Under the pieces are notes generated by a model. It saw only the letters and a program-made list of their open reading frames with translations. It had not been told where the DNA came from and searched no databases. Positions 37,749 to 43,318 of a stretch of 43,318 nt of DNA are shown here, in pieces. Where the stretch lies: positions 1 to 43,318 of the forward strand of contig JBDRBU010000078.1 of NCBI GenBank assembly GCA_043822305.1. Reading direction: 5' to 3'. This DNA comes from Candidatus Firestoneibacteriota bacterium. GTDB lineage: Bacteria; Oederibacteriota; D2-FULL-39-29; JBDRBU01. Position numbers and translations under genes: made by a program. Position 1 is the first letter of the stretch, and each line of letters begins with the position of its first letter.

Positions 37749-38812
37749 TGAACATTGATACGATAAAAATAAAACCAACCCCAGATTTTGGTAGAATTGA
37801 AAAAGCATTAAAGAGAAATGAAGTTCCAGATAAAGTTCCGTTTTATGAATTATTTAGCAACATTGAAGAAAAAATTATTGGAGATAAAATAAAAAAGAAT
37901 GATTGCAAGGATGAATTAGATTATCAATTAAAAACACATATTACATATCAGTATAAACTTGGTTATGATTATTTAAATGCAAAAGCAAATTTTTTCTTTA
38001 CAATACCACAAACACATACTGGCGATACAAAAGAAGGTAAAAGGGATTATGTGAAAGGGACTGATTCTTTAATTTCAAATGAAGAAGAATTTGAAAAATA
38101 TCCTTGGCCTGATATGAATAACATTGATTTTTCACCAATGGAGCGGATTAAAAAGATGATCCCTGCTGGTATGAAAATTATAGCACTTAGTTCTGGTGGT
38201 GTTTTAGAGAATGTAATGTGGATTATGGGCTATGAACCAATGAGTTATGCTTTGATAGAAAATCCAAAATTGGTAAAAGCAGTTTTTGAAGCAGTTGGAA
38301 GCAGAATAGAAAAACTTATTAAAACTTATGCAAGTATGGATTTTGTCGGAGCAATTGCAGTTGGTGATGATATGGGTTTTAAAACCCAGACTATGATATC
38401 TCCTGCTATGATGAGGGAATATGTTTTTCCTTGGCATAAAAGAATAGTAAACATTTCCCATTCTTATAGAAAACCAATGATTTTACATTCCTGTGGAAAT
38501 TTAAAAGAGATTTATAATGACATAATTGCATGTGGATGGGATGGGAAACATTCCTTTGAAGATACAATAGAACCAATATGGGAATTTAAAGAAAAATACA
38601 GTAATAAAATTTCCTGTCTGGGTGGATTTGATATGAATAAAATATGTAGACTAAGTTCAGAAGAAATAAGAAAACATACAAGATTTTTAATTGATAAATG
38701 CTCTCCTTCCGGAGGATTTGCAATTGGCACAGGAAATTCAGTGGCGAATTATGTTCCTCCTGAAAATTTGCTTACAATGTTAGAAGAAGCATTCAATTAC
38801 GGAAGGTATTAA
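37748..38812 (+). CDS. Uroporphyrinogen decarboxylase / MtaA-CmuA superfamily protein
   Basis: DDMGFK, HSCG, GGFD, GGF..GTGNS. Confidence 0.82.
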   Translation: MNIDTIKIKPTPDFGRIEKALKRNEVPDKVPFYELFSNIEEKIIGDKIKKNDCKDELDYQLKTHITYQYKLGYDYLNAKANFFFTIPQTHTGDTKEGKRDYVKGTDSLISNEEEFEKYPWPDMNNIDFSPMERIKKMIPAGMKIIALSSGGVLENVMWIMGYEPMSYALIENPKLVKAVFEAVGSRIEKLIKTYASMDFVGAIAVGDDMGFKTQTMISPAMMREYVFPWHKRIVNISHSYRKPMILHSCGNLKEIYNDIIACGWDGKHSFEDTIEPIWEFKEKYSNKISCLGGFDMNKICRLSSEEIRKHTRFLIDKCSPSGGFAIGTGNSVANYVPPENLLTMLEEAFNYGRY

Positions 38813-38841
38813 AAATATTTTTGACAAATATTCTTGTAGAA

Positions 38842-38870
38842 TTGACTTTGTTATTATTTTATAGTATATT
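38842..38870 (+). promoter_or_regulatory. Sigma70-type promoter of tRNA-Asn
   Basis: TTGACT-17 bp-TATATT. Confidence 0.6.
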
Positions 38871-38873
38871 ATT

Positions 38874-38898
38874 GTAGCGCTCGGTTTTATGCCGAGCG
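38874..38898 (+). repeat. GTAG-REP-like palindrome in the tRNA leader
   Basis: GTAG-CGCTCGG-TTTTATG-CCGAGCG. Confidence 0.55.
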
Positions 38899-38911
38899 TA
38901 AAAATTATAGT

Positions 38912-38986
38912 TCCTCGGTAGCTCAATGGTGGAGCGGCTGGCTGTTAACCAGTAGGTTTCAGGTTCGAGTCCTGACCGAGGAGCCA
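38912..38986 (+). tRNA. tRNA-Asn(GTT)
   Basis: Acceptor TCCTCGG/CCGAGGA + GCCA, anticodon loop CTGTTAA, TTCGAGT T-loop. Confidence 0.96.
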
Positions 38987-39084
38987 TGAACCATTCGCTA
39001 ACGCTCAGGTTCATGGCTCAGCCATAATAATATGGATGCAAATGGTTCATGCCCTGCACCGGAGCGAAGCGACTGGTACAGGGC
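38981..39084. repeat. Two palindromes with a shared GAGC..GCGA.TGG core between the tRNA and the GIY-YIG gene
   Basis: 12-bp perfect stem 38981-38992/39008-39019; second stem 39051-39084. Confidence 0.75.
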
Positions 39085-39106
39085 TTCTTTTTAAGGTAAT
39101 GAATTT

Positions 39107-39373
39107 ATGAATAACTTTTTTTACACCTATGTCCTCCTAAGTCTGCAAGATAATAACTTCTATATCGGTTTTACTGATGATTTAGAACGCAGGATAAAAG
39201 AACACGAACAAGGCAAGAATATTTCAACTTCCAAAAGACTTCCTGTAAAATTAATCTATTTTGAAGGCCATCTTTCCAAGGAAGATGCTCTAAGAAGAGA
39301 ATCCTACTTTAAAACCACCAAAGGCAAAACCACCTTAAAGCAGATATTAAAGGAGTATTTAAGCAAAAATTAA
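39107..39373 (+). CDS. Small stand-alone GIY-YIG nuclease
   Basis: YTYVL...FYIG.T.DL.RR..EH..G, A.RRE..FK. Confidence 0.92.
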   Translation: MNNFFYTYVLLSLQDNNFYIGFTDDLERRIKEHEQGKNISTSKRLPVKLIYFEGHLSKEDALRRESYFKTTKGKTTLKQILKEYLSKN

Positions 39374-39458
39374 TTAATAAAAATAGAATTGCAGGTGCGA
39401 TTTGCGGTTTTTTATTCCTAAATAGAATTATACTGTGTTATAATATTACCAAATAATC

Positions 39459-39953
39459 ATGACTATAAATTTTAAAGAAATATTTAAAAAAGAGGTGTTT
39501 TTCGAGGGGTGGAGAATATATTGGAAAACTGCGATATTGACTGTTCTAACTTTTATTGTTGTCGGTCTATTTAATAAGAATTTTCAAATTCAATTTTCTA
39601 GTCTTATAAATATACTAGATTCTGCATGTCGGGGTTTAGTCCTAGTATCACCCATTTATTTTATTTATGTTATTCTAATTGTTTTTGTTGATATGTGTAT
39701 AAAAAAAATAGACGGTAAGAGATTCTTTTTGTCATTTAAAATATCTTTTTGGTTGGTAATTTATGATTTAGTGTTTTTTACTTTATTTATTTTGCCAGTA
39801 ATTTTTATGTTTAGGGTAAGCCATTACCCGGGGAATGATAGGTTATCTTTTCAGATATTAATCTCAATGTCTATAGAATGGGTATTATTTATTTTATTAC
39901 AAATAGTATTGATAGGTTTTTTTTACAAAAAAATAATTGTGAAAAAGTATTAA
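39459..39953 (+). CDS. Hypothetical membrane protein (about 4 TM)
   Basis: Hydrophobic segments only; very AT-rich. Confidence 0.55.
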   Translation: MTINFKEIFKKEVFFEGWRIYWKTAILTVLTFIVVGLFNKNFQIQFSSLINILDSACRGLVLVSPIYFIYVILIVFVDMCIKKIDGKRFFLSFKISFWLVIYDLVFFTLFILPVIFMFRVSHYPGNDRLSFQILISMSIEWVLFILLQIVLIGFFYKKIIVKKY

Positions 39954-40014
39954 ATATTAAAATTTAATTCTATTTGACGGGTTAGAATCCGAAGGGTATA
40001 GGGGGAATAAAATA

Positions 40015-40620
40015 ATGTTAAAAATTAGAACAGTCACAAAATTATTGGCTTGTATTTGTCTTGTTGTGAGTATTGTTTGTTTGAGTATGGTTAATGCAGA
40101 AGAACCAAAAACCACTGACAAAGAGAAAAGGGCGAATATGTTAGTCGACAGCCTTTCCGGTGGAAATTATTCTGACAGTGTTAAGTATTTTGATAAGACG
40201 ATGAAAGCGGCTCTATCCGCCGATAAACTGGAAGGCGTTTGGAAAAGTATTATTTTGCAAGCCGGTTCTTTTAAGGAAAAGGCAGCTATAAGAAAGGAAA
40301 AAAGCGGTGCGTATACAATCGTTTATGTTACCTGCAAATTTGAACACGCCCTCTTGGATGCAAAAGTTGTTTTTGATAAAGATAATAATATTGCAGGGTT
40401 ATTTTTTGTTCCAACGAAAGAGGCAACAGAATACCGTATTCCTGTTTATGCCAAGCCAGATAATTTTGTCGAGACTGATGTTATTATAGGTTCAAATGAG
40501 TGGAAGTTGCCAGGAACACTTGCTTTGCCAAATGGCCACGGACCTTTTCCAGTCGTTATACTTAGAGCGGAGCGAATGGTTTACGGCAATAATAGAACTG
40601 CAGGTTGCCAAAGGAAATAA
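40015..40620 (+). pseudogene. DUF3887-like + alpha/beta-hydrolase protein, truncated
   Basis: Signal peptide, FD.TMK.AL...KL..VW, IAGLFF; then LPGTL.LP.G.GPFPVVIL breaks off before the expected HGSG. Confidence 0.7.
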
Positions 40621-40743
40621 AAATGCAAAGACACTGAATACCCACTTAAAGTGGGTATGACAGAAGAAATAGGGAAACTCCACGAAATTAGATATTGACA
40701 AAGGAGTATGAAAGTTATAAGTTTTTTTTTCAGAATTAATCTA

Positions 40744-40772
40744 TTGATTAAAAATTTTATATTTGGTATAAT
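40744..40772 (+). promoter_or_regulatory. Sigma70-type promoter, probably giving a leaderless mRNA
   Basis: TTGATT-17 bp-TATAAT with extended TG; ATG 6 nt downstream; no SD. Confidence 0.6.
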
Positions 40773-40778
40773 ATTTTT

Positions 40779-41636
40779 ATGAAACTTTCTGTTTTTACTG
40801 TTGTTATGCCTGAATTTTCATTCGAGGAAATGGCTAAGTTAATTTCCAATATTGGATACGATGGGATTGAACTAAGAGTAAGGGATTTGCCTGAAGAAGT
40901 AAAAAATAAACCGTATTCTTATTGGGGAAATGTTAAATATGATCTAGGTGTAAAGAATTTAAAAGATAAAGCAAAAGAAATTAGAAAGATTTGTGATAAA
41001 TATAAACTTAAAATATGTGCTATTGCGTCTTATTTGGGATGTCATGAACCGGAATCAGTTGAAGAGATTTGTAAATCCTTATCGGTTCTTGACTGTAAAA
41101 TGATAAGAGTTGGTACCTCTTATTATGATGGTCAGAAAGATTACAACAGTCTTTATAAAGAAGTAGTAAATAATTTTGAAACCATAGAAAAAGTTATGAA
41201 AAAATACAAGGCAAAAGCATTAGTTGAAACACATATGAATACTATTGTCCCATCTGCTTCATTATTATATAGAGTTGTTTCAAATTTTAATCCAAAATAC
41301 ATCGGTATTATTTATGACCCTGGTAATATGGTCTATGAAGGATATGAAAATTATAAAATGGGATTAGAATTATTAGGGGGTTATTTATCGCATGTTCATA
41401 TAAAAAATATGAAATTAGAATTAAAAGATATTAATTCCAATGGCACGGCTATTTGGCAGGCAGAATCTGCTTCAGTAAATTCCGGATGTGCAAATTTAGA
41501 ACAATTTATTTCTATTTTGCAATCTTTTAAATACAACAACTGGCTATCAATAGAAGATTTTAGTAATGTGCCCACAAAAGAGAAATTAAAAAAAGATTAT
41601 AATTATCTAAAAAAGATAATAGGAAAAAAATCATGA
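40779..41636 (+). CDS. Sugar phosphate isomerase/epimerase (xylose isomerase-like TIM barrel)
   Basis: GYDGIEL, VETH, YDPGN, HVHIK, SIED. Confidence 0.88.
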   Translation: MKLSVFTVVMPEFSFEEMAKLISNIGYDGIELRVRDLPEEVKNKPYSYWGNVKYDLGVKNLKDKAKEIRKICDKYKLKICAIASYLGCHEPESVEEICKSLSVLDCKMIRVGTSYYDGQKDYNSLYKEVVNNFETIEKVMKKYKAKALVETHMNTIVPSASLLYRVVSNFNPKYIGIIYDPGNMVYEGYENYKMGLELLGGYLSHVHIKNMKLELKDINSNGTAIWQAESASVNSGCANLEQFISILQSFKYNNWLSIEDFSNVPTKEKLKKDYNYLKKIIGKKS

Positions 41637-43102
41637 AGAATATGTTTTTAAAAACAGGGTTAACGTTTGATGATGTTTTGCTTGTTCCAAAAAAATCAAA
41701 TGTTTTACCAAACGAAACAGATGTTTCTACTTATCTTACAAGAAACATTAAATTAAATATTCCACTTTTATCTTCCGCCATGGATACGGTAACTGAATCA
41801 AGACTGGCTATAGCCTTAGCCCAAGAAGGTGGTCTGGGAATAATACATAAGAATTTATCAGTTAAAGAACAAGCAGGAGAAGTTGATAAGGTTAAAAGAT
41901 ACCAAAGCGGAATGATTGTTCATCCAATTACATTACCCCCTCATGCATTTATAAGAGAAGCATTTGATATAATGACAAAGTATAAAATATCAGGAGTTCC
42001 TATCACAGAAGACGGGAAAGAAAATGGCAGATTAGTTGGAATTCTTGCAAACAGAGATTTAAGATTTGTAAAAAAATTAGAAGGGAAAATTTCTGATTAT
42101 ATGACAAAAGAGAATTTAATCACTGCGGGTGAAAATATTACTTTGCAAAAAGCACAGGAGATATTGAATAAATATAAGGTTGAAAAACTTCCCGTAGTTG
42201 ATAAAGATTTTCATTTAAAAGGGTTAATTACTATAAAAGACATTGAAAAGAGATTATCACACCCAAGTGCATGTAAAGATAAATTAGGCAGACTTCGTGT
42301 TGGGGCAGCCGTTGGTGTATCAAAAGATACAGAAGAAAGAGTGTCTGAATTAATAAAAGCAGATGTGGATTGTCTGGTTATAGATACGGCTCATGGACAT
42401 TCTTTTGGAGTTATGCATCTTTTGAAATTACTTAGAAAGAAATATCCAGATAAAGAGATTATTGTTGGAAATATAGGCACAGAAGAAGCGGCAAAAGATT
42501 TAATAAAATTAGGAGCAAATGCAATTAAAGTAGGAATCGGACCTGGTTCAATATGCACCACAAGAATAATTGCTGGAATAGGAATACCACAGCTAACCGC
42601 CATATATGAATGTGCTCGTGTTGCCAAAAAATATAAAATTCCTGTTATTGCTGATGGTGGAGTAAAATATTCGGGTGATATTATAAAAGCATTAGCTTCT
42701 GGTGCAGACTGTGTTATGGTCGGAAATTTATTTGCTGGAACAGAAGAAGCACCCGGCGAGATGATATTTTTAGAGGGGAGAAGATTTAAAGTCTATAGAG
42801 CCATGGGTTCTCTTTCTGCCATGAAGAAAGGAAGCAAAGACAGATACTTTCAGGAAGATGTAGAGACGGCTAAATTAGTGCCAGAAGGTGTAGAAGGCAG
42901 AGTCCCTTATAGAGGTTCTTTATCCGGGATTGTTTTGCAGTTAGTAGGCGGGGTAAAATCCGGAATGGGATATTGTGGAGCAAAAACAATAAAAGATTTG
43001 CAGGCAAAAGCAGAATTCATTGGGATTACTTCAGCAGGGTTACAAGAAAGTCATCCACATAATGTTACCATTACAAGTGAACCACCGAATTATTGGATAT
43101 AA
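41633..43102 (+). CDS. guaB: IMP dehydrogenase
   Basis: LTFDDVLL, CBS pair, GIGPGSICTTR, YRAMGS. Confidence 0.98.
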   Translation: MKNMFLKTGLTFDDVLLVPKKSNVLPNETDVSTYLTRNIKLNIPLLSSAMDTVTESRLAIALAQEGGLGIIHKNLSVKEQAGEVDKVKRYQSGMIVHPITLPPHAFIREAFDIMTKYKISGVPITEDGKENGRLVGILANRDLRFVKKLEGKISDYMTKENLITAGENITLQKAQEILNKYKVEKLPVVDKDFHLKGLITIKDIEKRLSHPSACKDKLGRLRVGAAVGVSKDTEERVSELIKADVDCLVIDTAHGHSFGVMHLLKLLRKKYPDKEIIVGNIGTEEAAKDLIKLGANAIKVGIGPGSICTTRIIAGIGIPQLTAIYECARVAKKYKIPVIADGGVKYSGDIIKALASGADCVMVGNLFAGTEEAPGEMIFLEGRRFKVYRAMGSLSAMKKGSKDRYFQEDVETAKLVPEGVEGRVPYRGSLSGIVLQLVGGVKSGMGYCGAKTIKDLQAKAEFIGITSAGLQESHPHNVTITSEPPNYWI

Positions 43103-43318
43103 GTAGAGACAGCGACTATTTTTGGTAAGTCCTTACTAACATCATCATAGCGAAAGGTGTTTTTTTTGTCATTGCGAGGGTTCTTCAGGTTTGATTGTAG
43201 AAAATTTATTTAATATTTCTACCTTTGCCTGAAGCCTCCTTTAATTTGAATTTATCCTAATTTAAGGTTAGGATATTGACCTTTTTACAGTTCAATTCTT
43301 CACTGTGTATTTTATCAC

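Noticed and set aside
4239..42627. Numerous short antisense or alternate-frame ORFs in the track (e.g. 4239-4754, 11255-11626, 16806-17234, 28936-29391, 36166-36660)
   Set aside because: They overlap well-supported genes and show no motifs or SD support; treated as shadow ORFs

Overview
Low-GC chromosomal segment, probably from an anaerobic diderm bacterium (ExbBD/TonB-like and pseudopilin genes are present; taxonomy cannot be fixed from the sequence). The housekeeping backbone is asd-truA, an AddA-like helicase, pepQ-efp-accBC, recQ, ABC-F, dnaX-recR, guaB, tRNA-Ala(CGC) and tRNA-Asn(GTT). Accessory genes include a RelE-type TA pair, a TdeIII/MjaII-like restriction-modification system, a small GIY-YIG nuclease and several decayed genes. 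Five highlights. (1) An unannotated 15-aa ORF, MCGSCGCSKKTKKKK, carries the HypB-type CxxCGC metal-binding motif, has its own promoter and SD, and leads a pseudopilin-ExbB-ExbD-(TonB-anchor/SIMPL-like fusion) operon. (2) An atypical F-ATPase operon has a c subunit with a ~49-aa coiled-coil tail and an a subunit with the alkaliphile-type Lys/Gly pair; gamma/beta/epsilon are absent, and cNMP-binding and AI-2E genes follow atpA instead. (3) A 61-bp intergenic element occurs in four copies, with a covarying bulged hairpin and a half-dif-like arm. (4) The RM system is bracketed by inverted GTAG-REP elements. (5) A palindrome family lies beside the GIY-YIG gene and incorporates the tRNA 3' end. All calls are by-eye motif recognition; no database searches were run.
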